Below the pieces are notes generated by a model. It ran no database searches. It was not told the DNA's origin and worked only from the letters and a program-made list of their open reading frames with translations. Positions 31,288 to 41,190 of a stretch of 64,000 bases of DNA are shown here, piece by piece (within the stretch, counting starts at the first letter, position 1; each line of letters begins with the position of its first letter). Origin of the DNA: Nitrospirota bacterium. GTDB taxonomy: Bacteria > Nitrospirota > UBA9217. Both the position numbers and the translations under genes were made by a program. The stretch covers positions 18,313 through 82,312 of the forward strand of contig DASPSR010000005.1 in the NCBI GenBank assembly GCA_035623825.1, written 5' to 3'.

Positions 31288-33318
31288 TTACTCCTTGCAC
31301 ATGATCGACGGAAGCGTAATGATGAATGTGGCGCCCTTGCCGGGTTCGCTGTCCACATCGATAGCGCCGCCGTGCTCTTCCACAATTTTATGACAGATGG
31401 TAAGGCCGAGCCCGGTCCCTTCACCAACAGGCTTGGTGGTGAAGAAGGGATCGAAGATCTTGTCCAAAAGATCGGGTGGGATCCCCGCGCCTGTGTCAGA
31501 AACTGACAGGCGGATCCGGCTCGGGCAGGCAATGCGTCCGTCTTCCCGCATCAGGTCATCCTCGGCTGTCCGGATGGCGATGCTGCCGCCCTCGGGAGTG
31601 AAGTAGATGGCGTTTAATAATAGGTTCATCAACAGCTGACGCAGGCTGCCGGCGTCTGCGTAGATTTTCGGAATATCCCGGTTCAGGTTGAGTTCGAGGG
31701 TGTGCTTCAGCCGCGCGGTACGGTGCTTGAGCAGGAGAAGGACTTCCTTGATGAGCTCGTTAATGTCGATTTCGCGGAAGGTGCCTCCGGACGGACGGGC
31801 GAACTCGAGCAGGCTTCTGAGGATCGTTTTGCACCGAAAGATTTCATTGTGGATTGTCCTGAGATACTCGGGAAAGTCCTCGAACTCCCGGATTCCGGCA
31901 AGCGACTGGTCGTGGGCCCGGTCGAGGAGCGCCTCCGAGTAGCCCGCAATGATCCCCAGAGGGTTGTTGATCTCGTGAGCGATGCCCGCGACAAGTGTAC
32001 CCAGGGAGGCGAGCTTGTCCGACCGGATGAGCTGCTGTTCGAGCCTCCTCTGGGCTGTCACGTCCTTAAGGTAGTGGACGATTGCGTAGAGCCTGCCCTC
32101 CTCGTCGACGAGCGGGTATGCCCAGAAATGGAATATGCCACCGCTAACGCTCTTCATCTCCTGGAACGACGGCCTCTTGCATGAGAGCGTTTCGGAGCAG
32201 AGACAGCCGTCGGTCAGCAGGATGCCGATATTTTCCATGATCTCTGCGCACAGCTTGCCGGTGATCTCTGTTTTGGAATAACCTGTCCTAGCCAACAGGG
32301 TATGATTCGCGCGGATCACCCGTTGTCTGCCGTCCTCGATCCAGACCATGTCGGTGATGGCGTCGAATGTGCGCTCCCACTCCTTCTTTTCTTTTGAGAT
32401 CTCCTCGAACAGGAGCGCGTTCTCGAGAGCGACAGCGATATGCTTGGCGACGGGGAGAAGGATCTCGTAGTCTTTCTCCGAATATTGCGATGGCCTGGTG
32501 CTGTCAAAATTGAATACGCCGAGCATGCGGTCATGAAACAAAGGGATGCTGATCGTCGACCGGATGCCTTCGTGCAGAAGCTTTCTGTCGAGCGGGAACG
32601 CAGTTTCGTTCAAATCGTAGCTGATCCAGGGCTGGTTGTTCCTCACGACCCAGCCGGCGCTGGTTCTCTCGATCGGGGCCTTCACCCCCTTTTTCATCGC
32701 GGTCTTCATCTCCGTGTCCAGAGCGAAGATCAAGAGGTTGTCGTCCTTTTCATTGTACAGCAGCAGGCTTGCCCTGCTGTAGTTGATGATTTTCCGAAGC
32801 TCGGAGACAACCATCCGGAAAATCGTCCCGATGCTCAGGCTGGAATTGATGATACTGCTCAGCTCGTTGATCAGTTCGCCTTGCGTTGCCCTGTCCCGGT
32901 GCGCTCTCGAACCAGGTTCTGAAGGAGCGGCCTTTTGTCCGGCCGCATCACGGACCACGATGATCATTGTGTCCGGCCGATGGTTTCTGACCGGGATAAC
33001 GGCGATCCTGGAAGCCAGGGGGCTGCCGTTCTTTCGAAAACAGAAGGATCGCAGAGCCGAGGAGGATTCTCCCCCGGTAGGCACATTTGTGGAGGGAGAG
33101 CGGCCGGCGGATCCGTGCTCGCTGAGAATATTGTCGAGCGATATGAACTTTTCGAGATTCCTGCCGATAACTTCACTGCGCTCATATTCGAAGAACAGAA
33201 GCACATTGTCATTGCAAGAAAGGACCGTCCATTCTTTGTCGACAATGAAGGCAGGCAATCTGAGAACATCGAGCGTTCTTAATAACGCCGAACTGTCCCT
33301 GTCGATCATGATTTTCAT
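31288..33318 (-). CDS. Cytoplasmic PAS-GAF-PAS sensor histidine kinase
   Basis: No TM helices; AHEINNPL H-box, NLLLNA, DTGAG, FFTTK, GTGLGL; Cys-rich second PAS (LC...GCLC...SC). Confidence 0.92.
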   Translation of the reverse strand: MKIMIDRDSSALLRTLDVLRLPAFIVDKEWTVLSCNDNVLLFFEYERSEVIGRNLEKFISLDNILSEHGSAGRSPSTNVPTGGESSSALRSFCFRKNGSPLASRIAVIPVRNHRPDTMIIVVRDAAGQKAAPSEPGSRAHRDRATQGELINELSSIINSSLSIGTIFRMVVSELRKIINYSRASLLLYNEKDDNLLIFALDTEMKTAMKKGVKAPIERTSAGWVVRNNQPWISYDLNETAFPLDRKLLHEGIRSTISIPLFHDRMLGVFNFDSTRPSQYSEKDYEILLPVAKHIAVALENALLFEEISKEKKEWERTFDAITDMVWIEDGRQRVIRANHTLLARTGYSKTEITGKLCAEIMENIGILLTDGCLCSETLSCKRPSFQEMKSVSGGIFHFWAYPLVDEEGRLYAIVHYLKDVTAQRRLEQQLIRSDKLASLGTLVAGIAHEINNPLGIIAGYSEALLDRAHDQSLAGIREFEDFPEYLRTIHNEIFRCKTILRSLLEFARPSGGTFREIDINELIKEVLLLLKHRTARLKHTLELNLNRDIPKIYADAGSLRQLLMNLLLNAIYFTPEGGSIAIRTAEDDLMREDGRIACPSRIRLSVSDTGAGIPPDLLDKIFDPFFTTKPVGEGTGLGLTICHKIVEEHGGAIDVDSEPGKGATFIITLPSIMCKE

Positions 33319-33451
33319 ACAAGATTATATTATCACACTGCATATGCCCCTTCAACAGGAAAGCGATCATTTCACGGTACTTGACTCCCGCGGTCATGAC
33401 GATTATTATGATTATACGGACATATTCCTTAGTGCGAGGGGCTCCCAGCTC

Positions 33452-34405
33452 ATGAAGATCAGGATTGGACATCTCTCGACCTTCTATCACACGTCGATCC
33501 TCTTAATGGCAACGAGCGACACCGATTCGCGATTCGGCGCTGAGATAGAATGGAGGCTGATGGGTACGGGGCCGGCGATCATGAAGGCCTTTGGCAGGGG
33601 CGAGCTTGATATGGCATACATCGGACTGCCGCCTGCTATCATCGGCATAGACCAAGGGATCAAGGTCATCTGTGTGGCAGGCGGCCATGTTGAAGGAACG
33701 GTCATTGCGGGGAAATCGCAGTGGACCGGGTTTCATGAGTCCGACGACCTCGGAATGATCCTGAGTCAGTTCCGTGGAAGGAAGATCGGAGTACCTGGAA
33801 GGGGTTCCATCCACGACGTTATCTTATACGACTGCATTGAGCGGTTGGGTTTTGCTCGTGATATCGAGATCGTCAATTATCCGTGGGCGGATCTTGTGAC
33901 CGAGGCGGTGGTCAGGGATGAGGTATCTGCTGCCGTGGGTACACCCGCCCTTGCCGTCGCGATCAAACGATTTGCTGCTGGTAAAGTGCTCTATCCGCCT
34001 TCAAGTCTCTGGCCCAATAACCCGAGCTACGGAATTGTTGTGGACACCGGCTATTTATCAAGGGAAACGACGATGGTTGAGAAGTTTCTCAGACTCCATG
34101 AAGAAGCAACCGAATTCATCAGAAAACGGCCGGCTGAAGCGGCTCGGATGATTGCGGATTACATCGGTATCGTTGATGAGCGCTTCGTACTTGACACGAT
34201 CATGCTTTCCCCCAAATACTGTGCCCAGCTCACCGATGGCTATGTATCAGCGACCATGAAGTTTGTGACGGTTTTAAAGAAGCTGGGGTATATAGGATCA
34301 GACGTTGAACGGGAAAGAATATTTCATCACGATCTGATCGCCCGAATCCACCCAGAGAGGGAGCACTACAGCGATGGGATTGATTCCTTACGTACGACTC
34401 CGTAG
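33452..34405 (+). CDS. SsuA/TauA/NrtA-like substrate-binding protein lacking a signal peptide
   Basis: KIRIGHLS, GPAIMKAF..GELDMAYIGLPP, GRKIGVPGRGSIHD; starts directly at the first beta strand; no permease or ATPase adjacent. Confidence 0.78.
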   Translation: MKIRIGHLSTFYHTSILLMATSDTDSRFGAEIEWRLMGTGPAIMKAFGRGELDMAYIGLPPAIIGIDQGIKVICVAGGHVEGTVIAGKSQWTGFHESDDLGMILSQFRGRKIGVPGRGSIHDVILYDCIERLGFARDIEIVNYPWADLVTEAVVRDEVSAAVGTPALAVAIKRFAAGKVLYPPSSLWPNNPSYGIVVDTGYLSRETTMVEKFLRLHEEATEFIRKRPAEAARMIADYIGIVDERFVLDTIMLSPKYCAQLTDGYVSATMKFVTVLKKLGYIGSDVERERIFHHDLIARIHPEREHYSDGIDSLRTTP

Positions 34406-34419
34406 GGTGAAAATCCCGG

Positions 34420-36063
34420 TTACTTCTCTTTCAGTGCTGCAGCCGGATAGTAATCACCATGGCCCGGGAATATGTACGCTTGCCCGCCATGGACCCTCAA
34501 TGTTTCGTCCAGAGAGAGAATCATTTCCTTCAACGAGGCAGCCTCTTCTTTATAGACCCTGGAATCGCTGTTTGGGCTCGTGAGTAGATACCGATAGATG
34601 CCGAGGTATTCTTTTTCTTCGGATGACAGGCTCCGCATGTTCAGGAGAAAGTCCGAGGTGAAGAGCAGCCCGAATTCCCGGTTTAGGAAAAAGACCAGTC
34701 CAGGAGTGTGGCCGCCATGGCTTTCGAGAACTTCGAACCGGAGCGGGCCGACCGTAAAGGTGTCGATGGTCCAGAATGAGCCTGTCTCTTCTCGTTCTCT
34801 TGTAGAGAAGTGGTGCGGTTGGGACGGAAAGAGGCACTCCGTGAACCGGCTCGAAAGCCGCGTGTAGTATTTGTTCAGGTTCAGGAGGCTTCCCGAAATC
34901 CCGTGCGCCCGGTTCATATGAGTGATGACATCGGCGCTGCCTGGGTGCATGAAGACCGCCGTCCCGAACTCCTGTTCGAAGTATCCGGACGCTCCGGCGT
35001 GGTCCGTGTCGGGATGGGTGACGTAGATCCGTCTCACCCATGCCGGGTCCATCCCCTGATTCCTGATGAGGCGCTTGATGTCTTCATAGTATATACCGTG
35101 GCCGGCGTCGATCATGGTCAGGTCGTCGCCATCGCGCAGCAAGTAGAAGTTCTCACTCGAAGGCAGACGGAACCCGAGGAGCGTTACCCAGTTGTGGAAG
35201 CGCAGCGGCCTCATCGGTGTCGCTGAGAAATTTTCGCCGATCCGGCTCCTCGATCGCGATGCAAACGAAAGCACCGTCTCGAACACGTCGCCTGCCTCGA
35301 GGTTATTACCGGCTTCCGTAGCAAAGTGCACCAGGTCCTGGTGCAGCTCCCGGGATGAGTCCACGAGGGATTTGATCTCCGCCACATCGCTCGATGGGAG
35401 GAGCTGCTTGAGACGGAGGAAAAATTTTTCGACCATCTTCAGGCCGATGATTCGCGATGCCTCCTCTTTGTTGCTGCCGCGGTACACGACACGGTAGTGG
35501 TATCCTTTTTCGTTTATTGCCTGCAGGAGCGTGTTGATCTCCTGCGGGTTCGCGGCGGCCATGGCGATATCTGCGGACTCTGCGTCGATGTCCTCATCAT
35601 AAAGCATATAGATCACATTTGCATCGTGTTCGGCGAGAAGCCTGGCAAAGGACGCGAGGGAGCCGGGCTTGTTGACCAGACGGACCTTCACCTCGAGAAT
35701 GCTTTCTACGGTCGTGACCAGCACCTCGTCCGGCGCGCAGCGCACGCTCTTGAAGCCGTACTCTTTCTCTTGCAGGGATTGCAGGAGTGCGTTCAGGCTG
35801 TCTTCCCCTCCGAGATGCACTGCAACGGCAACGCGGCTACTGTCCGTTGATCGATCGTAGTGGAAGAAGGAGATGTTCCCGCCGGTATGAGCAATGGCAG
35901 TGGCGAAGGCGGCGAGGGATCCGGGACGATCGGGTAGATAGACGCGGAATTTGACGAGAAGTTCTCCCGACGTCAGGGCGTCAGTTCCGGCAGAGAGGCG
36001 GACCTGACGATACACCTTGAGAGGCGCTCGATCGCCAAAATCACTTTTCATGGAGATTTCCAT
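34420..36063 (-). CDS. Tandem ACT domain plus metallo-beta-lactamase-fold hydrolase
   Basis: LPDRPGSLA and LVNKPGSLA ACT starts; MIDAG, THPDTDHAG, GGHTPG, FTSD, PGHG. Confidence 0.82.
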   Translation of the reverse strand: MEISMKSDFGDRAPLKVYRQVRLSAGTDALTSGELLVKFRVYLPDRPGSLAAFATAIAHTGGNISFFHYDRSTDSSRVAVAVHLGGEDSLNALLQSLQEKEYGFKSVRCAPDEVLVTTVESILEVKVRLVNKPGSLASFARLLAEHDANVIYMLYDEDIDAESADIAMAAANPQEINTLLQAINEKGYHYRVVYRGSNKEEASRIIGLKMVEKFFLRLKQLLPSSDVAEIKSLVDSSRELHQDLVHFATEAGNNLEAGDVFETVLSFASRSRSRIGENFSATPMRPLRFHNWVTLLGFRLPSSENFYLLRDGDDLTMIDAGHGIYYEDIKRLIRNQGMDPAWVRRIYVTHPDTDHAGASGYFEQEFGTAVFMHPGSADVITHMNRAHGISGSLLNLNKYYTRLSSRFTECLFPSQPHHFSTREREETGSFWTIDTFTVGPLRFEVLESHGGHTPGLVFFLNREFGLLFTSDFLLNMRSLSSEEKEYLGIYRYLLTSPNSDSRVYKEEAASLKEMILSLDETLRVHGGQAYIFPGHGDYYPAAALKEK

Positions 36064-36208
36064 ATTTCTTTTCTTGCAGTGTCTTTCGTCAAAAAATCAC
36101 CTTTTTCCTATTGCTCTCTGAAACGATAATTTGTATTATATCACCGCTTGCAAAGATTATGAACAGTTTCGTGACGTCACTACATTCCTTTTCATGATGC
36201 AGGGTCAA

Positions 36209-36979
36209 ATGGATACGGTAAGGATGTTGAGATGCGTTGCTTTTTTCATGTCTTGCACACTGGTCTTATCGGCCTGCGCTGCTAAAAGCTCCAATATTTC
36301 AGGAACACCGGGATCCGCAGCGCCGGGAGCAAAGGCATGGCAGAAGCCCTATACGGTCTTAGGGCAACGATATGAACCGCTGGAGAGCCACGAGGGGTTC
36401 GCCCAGACAGGGGTCGCGAGCTGGTACGGAAAGGATTTTCATGGGAAGACCACGAGTAACGGCGAGATCTATGATATGAACGCCATGACCGCAGCGCACA
36501 AGACCTTACCGCTCGGCGTGTATGTAAAGGTATACAATAAGGACAATGGGCGGGAGGCAATCGTCCGTATCAATGATCGCGGGCCGTTTGTTAAGGGACG
36601 GATTATCGATCTCTCCTACGGCGCGGCAAAAAAGCTCGGCGTGGACATCGCCGGCACCGCGACAGTGCGGATCGAAGCGCTGGGGTATCGCTCAGGTGGC
36701 TCCGACGGACAGGAGAAATATACAGGCCCCGCAAATTATGATGCCGGCAACTATACGGTTCAGATCGGCGCGTTTACGGACTATAAGAATGCGGTGAGGC
36801 TCTCTGAAGAGATGAAGAAGATATTCACATTCTCCGAAATTCATACGGCAAATGTGAATGGCGAGCTTTTTTTCCGGGTTTATGCAGGCAGGTATTCGTC
36901 GTTGAAGTTTGCAGAGAAAGCGGAGAAGAATTTTTCCGAGCACGGATATCCCGGGAGTTTTGTCGTATCGCTTGACTGA
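36209..36979 (+). CDS. rlpA: Septal ring lytic transglycosylase RlpA lipoprotein with SPOR domain (start approximate)
   Basis: Lipobox LSAC; GVASWYG, MTAAHKTLP, INDRGPF, IIDLS; VQIGAF SPOR. Confidence 0.9.
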   Translation: MDTVRMLRCVAFFMSCTLVLSACAAKSSNISGTPGSAAPGAKAWQKPYTVLGQRYEPLESHEGFAQTGVASWYGKDFHGKTTSNGEIYDMNAMTAAHKTLPLGVYVKVYNKDNGREAIVRINDRGPFVKGRIIDLSYGAAKKLGVDIAGTATVRIEALGYRSGGSDGQEKYTGPANYDAGNYTVQIGAFTDYKNAVRLSEEMKKIFTFSEIHTANVNGELFFRVYAGRYSSLKFAEKAEKNFSEHGYPGSFVVSLD

Positions 36980-37206
36980 CCAAGCAAGAATTATGACAGG
37001 ATCATACCGAAACTGAGGTTTTTCCTTTTAGTGGCTACGTGCTGCTCAGCCAGCATCTGTTTTATCTCGCCGGCATTTCTTCCTGTCGGTTTGTAAAGAT
37101 GATAATATTTCTGTTAGCCAGACAGGTCGCAGGATTCGTGAAGTTGTTATCACCGCCGTAAACCATACACGATCTGCGTTGTCGGTAAGGCCCCTTGGTG
37201 CTTATC

Positions 37207-40200
37207 CTAGGAGCGCGCGCACCACTCCCGTGCGTTCTGGAACATCCTGAGCCAGGGAGATGCAGTGAGGGATTTCTTGAGGTCTTCAGGGAGCCATCCC
37301 CACTGCCAAGTGAGCATAGTGCGCTCAGGATGGGGCATCATGGCGAGGTGGCGGCCGTCGGGCGAGCATAGGCCAGCGATGCCGGCAGGTGAGCCATTGG
37401 GGTTAAATGGATAGGCTTCGGTAATATTTGATTCATCATCCACGTAGCGTATGGGCGCGAGGCCGAACTCGCACTCGGCGAACATCTGTTTGTCCGGGAA
37501 GTAGGCTAGGCCTTCGCCATGGGCTACCCAAATGCCGAGCACGGAGTTCTCCATGCCTTTGAGCATGACGGAGGGGCTCTTTAATATTTTTACCGTCGTG
37601 AAGCGGGACTCGAATCGGCCGGACTGGTTGTGGATGAAACGCGGTTGTAGCTCGTCCGAAATGCCCCGCCAGGGCACCCAGCCTAATAGCGCCATGAGCT
37701 GACATCCATTGCACACCCCGAGGCTGAAGGTGTCGGGCCGATGGTAGAATTGCTCGAACTGATCCCACACCTTTTGGTTGAAGCGGATGGACGCTGCCCA
37801 GCCCTTTGCCGAATCGAGCACATCGGCATAACTGAAACCGCCGACGAAGACCACACCACGGAACCGATCAAGTGTAGCGCGGCCTTCGAGCAGATCGGTC
37901 ATCATCACGTCCCAGGGTTCGAAGCCCGCGAGATAGAACGCAGAGGCCATTTCCCGGTCGCCGTTACTCCCCTCTTCGCGGATGACTGCGACCTTAGGCT
38001 TGTTAGTATCCTGGAGGATCGACCGAGTCGTGGGCTTTGGATTGAAGGGGATGACAAATGATGGGCCCTTCCTATCATAGATATTATTTCGTTCCTCGCG
38101 GATGTTTTCGGGGTTTCTCTGCAGCAGATCAAGCCGATGGCTCGTCTCCTCCCAGATGTCACGGAGCATGAGCATATCTTCGTTCAGAACATTCTTCCAG
38201 CTTACGGACAGCTTGATTTTTTTAACAACGGTTGTTGTGCCGCAGACCATATTCGGGACATCTGCCTTGTTCAGGATCCGGCAGATCGCGGACTCATTCT
38301 CCGGAAGATATTCGATCACGAGCCCTGCTTCCTCAGAGAACAGGACCGAAATCGGATCTTTGCTATGCATGATTTCGGACGGGAGATTGACCTCGATGCC
38401 GCAATTACCGGCGAATGCCATTTCGAGGAGCGTGGTGATGAGACCACCGTCGGAACGGTCATGGCCTGAGAGCACCAGTCCTTTCTTGATCAGCGTCTGG
38501 ATCGCGTTGAATGCACGCTTCAGAAGTGCGGGATCGTCAATGTCAGGCGGATCGTTCCCCACTTGGCCATAGACCTGAGCAAGCGCAGATCCGCCGAGAC
38601 GGCTCTTTCCCCCCGAGAGATCTATGAACAGGAGCTTTCCCCTTCCCGGCGCCTTAAGATCCGGCGTAACGGTCTTGGTGATGTCGGGACAGGTGGCGTA
38701 AGCGGATATGACGAGTGTGCCCGGTGACTTCACGGTCTCGCTCGTCCCGTCGGATTTCTTGACCTTGGCCGCCATGGAAAGGCTGTCCTTGCCTCCATCG
38801 ACCGCGATTCCAAGCTTTATCATAATGTCCCGCATGGCAACAGCAGCATCGTAAAGACGGCTGCCCTCGCCCGGGAGCTTGGGCGCCCACATCCAGTTGC
38901 CCGAGCATCGAATGTCTTCAAGGGCGCTCAACTCGGCCCAGACGATGTTCGTGAGCGCTTCACCAACACTCATGCGCGCCATGGCTGCGGGATCGATCAA
39001 TTCCTTCACCGGCTGCTCACCGATGGCGATGGCGGCGCCCGTTATCCCGAAGTGGGACTGGGCGATAACGGCCACGTCCGCGACCGTGAGCTGGAGCGGA
39101 CCAGAGCACTGTTGACGTGCGATAAGGCCCGTTACCGAACGGTCAACCTTGTTCGTGAGGAATCGTTTGGAGCCCACGGAGAGCAACCGCAAAACGCGGT
39201 CGAGGGCCTTGCGTACGGTAAGGCCCTTGGGGAGTTCGAGCGGTCTGAGCGTCGGCATCTTGCCATCCAGCCTGAAAACCTTTTGTGGCATATCACCGAG
39301 CACTTTTGCGAGCTCGAGGCTCTCGGGCATCGAATCATTCGTCTCGTCGTTGAGCACAATGTAACCGTCTCCTGTGACCCTGCCGATCACGGCCATAGGC
39401 ACTTTCTCTCGATCGCAGAGCGAGCGAAAGAGACGTTCATGTTCTGATTTGAGAAGAAGTGCATTCTGTTCCTGGTACTCCGCGCCCCATATCTCGAGCA
39501 CCGAGAGTGTATTGTCACCGACCCGAATCTTCCTGATATCGATCTTCGCACCAGCCGGGTGCACGATCTCCTTCACCACGTTGCAGTTGCCACCCGCCCC
39601 TTGATCGTGAATGCTCTGGATCGGGTTCTTCTCCCCAAACTCCACACAAGCGCGTATGACGCGGTTCAGCTTCTGCTCCATCTCGGCGTCACCACGCTGC
39701 ACCGCATTGAAGTCAAGTTCAGCGATGTTTTCGCCCTGGATCATAGAAGAGGCAGCGCCGCCCCCCATGCCAATGCGGTAAGCCGGACCTCCGACCTTGA
39801 CCACAAGCATCCCCTTCCGCGCTGCCGTCTTGTCTGTATGTCGGCTGTCCATCTGGCCCACGCCGCCGCTGAACATGATCGGTTTGATCCATTCCCGGCG
39901 CTCACCATCGGGCATCCGGAGACCGAAGGATCGTGTAAAGCCCTGGATCACGGGCTCGCCAAACTTGTTTCCGTAGTCCGAAGCGCCGTTACTCGCTTCA
40001 ACCTCGATCTGAAGAGGAGATGCGAGGTTATGCGGATATGCATAGGATGCATCTTCCCATGGGAGCACGTAGCCGGGGATGAGGAGATTGCCCACACAGT
40101 ATGCGGCCGTACCGGCGATCACGAGACCCCCCGTGCCTGTCGCTTGGACGTCACGGATACGCCCGCCTGTACCGGTCTCTGCGCCGGGAAACGGCGCCAC

Positions 40201-41190
40201 GCCGGATGGAAAGTTGTGTGTTTCAGCGGTAAAGATGATATGGTATTTACGCCGCATTTCGCGGAACGCTGAGGGCTTGCCGACGATCTCAGGGATAATG
40301 GTATTGATATCGTATCCTTTGATCGCGCTCGAGTTATCACTGAAGGCGATGACGCTGTTGTTTCTGTTCGCTTCGTAGGTGGACTTTACAATCTTCATCA
40401 AGGTCTCGGGGACTTCCTTGCCGTTGACGATGAGCCTGCCGCGGAAGAACCAGTGGCGCGAGTGCTCGCTGTTCGACTGCGACAAATCGAAGCACTCCAC
40501 ATTTGTGGGGTTGCGCTTGATCTCGTTCTTAAATAGGTTTGTGTAATAGTCTAGGTCCCAATCATCGAGCCCGAGACCCATCTCACGGTTGATCTTTTCG
40601 AGGGCGGCTCTTCCCTGCGAAATGATTGGAATGATGCGTACGGGTTCGGGCTTGATTCCGGTTTCGAAGGTCGTGAGAGGTTTCGGATACGGGCACTCGG
40701 TCATGCGGTCGTGAACAAGGGACAGGAAAGAGGCTCGTTGATCTTGGCTCAGGACTCCTTGGTCAGCGAGATCGAGGCGGTATCGCCGGGAACGCTCGAT
40801 CCTCGAAATTTTCTTGAGGCCACTGGCGTGGCAGATCGAAACAGCGTTCGTTGACCAAGCAGTTGTGAAGTTCATACGGGGCCCGACTTCTAAAATCAAA
40901 GGACGAGAGATAAGAGACGCTGGACGAGTTATGAAGCTCTTACCGGAAAAATTTTCAGGCTCGAAGGTCTCGGCAAGAAGCCAACGCAGGAGACGCATCT
41001 CGTCCTCTGTGAGCATGCTGTCGGCGGAGACGTTAAAGCAAAACTCAGTCTCGATCCCACGGATGGAGGGAGAGACCTTTTCTTGTGCGGACGCAAGCAG
41101 GCCCGCTGCCTGATAGGCTGAAAGCGCCGGGGTACGGAAGAGATGAAAGAGCGTCATTTGGTTTTTGTACGACAGAGCTTTCATGGTCAC
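37207..41190 (-). CDS. purL: Large-type phosphoribosylformylglycinamidine synthase (start 41190, 41184 or 41157)
   Basis: ~1320 aa; QSNSEHSRH, ETHNFP, HDQGAGG, GGKDSLSM, GVCNGCQ, MMPHPER. Confidence 0.96.
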   Translation of the reverse strand: MTMKALSYKNQMTLFHLFRTPALSAYQAAGLLASAQEKVSPSIRGIETEFCFNVSADSMLTEDEMRLLRWLLAETFEPENFSGKSFITRPASLISRPLILEVGPRMNFTTAWSTNAVSICHASGLKKISRIERSRRYRLDLADQGVLSQDQRASFLSLVHDRMTECPYPKPLTTFETGIKPEPVRIIPIISQGRAALEKINREMGLGLDDWDLDYYTNLFKNEIKRNPTNVECFDLSQSNSEHSRHWFFRGRLIVNGKEVPETLMKIVKSTYEANRNNSVIAFSDNSSAIKGYDINTIIPEIVGKPSAFREMRRKYHIIFTAETHNFPSGVAPFPGAETGTGGRIRDVQATGTGGLVIAGTAAYCVGNLLIPGYVLPWEDASYAYPHNLASPLQIEVEASNGASDYGNKFGEPVIQGFTRSFGLRMPDGERREWIKPIMFSGGVGQMDSRHTDKTAARKGMLVVKVGGPAYRIGMGGGAASSMIQGENIAELDFNAVQRGDAEMEQKLNRVIRACVEFGEKNPIQSIHDQGAGGNCNVVKEIVHPAGAKIDIRKIRVGDNTLSVLEIWGAEYQEQNALLLKSEHERLFRSLCDREKVPMAVIGRVTGDGYIVLNDETNDSMPESLELAKVLGDMPQKVFRLDGKMPTLRPLELPKGLTVRKALDRVLRLLSVGSKRFLTNKVDRSVTGLIARQQCSGPLQLTVADVAVIAQSHFGITGAAIAIGEQPVKELIDPAAMARMSVGEALTNIVWAELSALEDIRCSGNWMWAPKLPGEGSRLYDAAVAMRDIMIKLGIAVDGGKDSLSMAAKVKKSDGTSETVKSPGTLVISAYATCPDITKTVTPDLKAPGRGKLLFIDLSGGKSRLGGSALAQVYGQVGNDPPDIDDPALLKRAFNAIQTLIKKGLVLSGHDRSDGGLITTLLEMAFAGNCGIEVNLPSEIMHSKDPISVLFSEEAGLVIEYLPENESAICRILNKADVPNMVCGTTTVVKKIKLSVSWKNVLNEDMLMLRDIWEETSHRLDLLQRNPENIREERNNIYDRKGPSFVIPFNPKPTTRSILQDTNKPKVAVIREEGSNGDREMASAFYLAGFEPWDVMMTDLLEGRATLDRFRGVVFVGGFSYADVLDSAKGWAASIRFNQKVWDQFEQFYHRPDTFSLGVCNGCQLMALLGWVPWRGISDELQPRFIHNQSGRFESRFTTVKILKSPSVMLKGMENSVLGIWVAHGEGLAYFPDKQMFAECEFGLAPIRYVDDESNITEAYPFNPNGSPAGIAGLCSPDGRHLAMMPHPERTMLTWQWGWLPEDLKKSLTASPWLRMFQNAREWCARS

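Noticed and set aside
32783-33451. N-terminal 223 aa of the 540-aa ORF 32783..34405
   Set aside because: Antisense to the histidine kinase; the recognisable protein starts at ATG 33452
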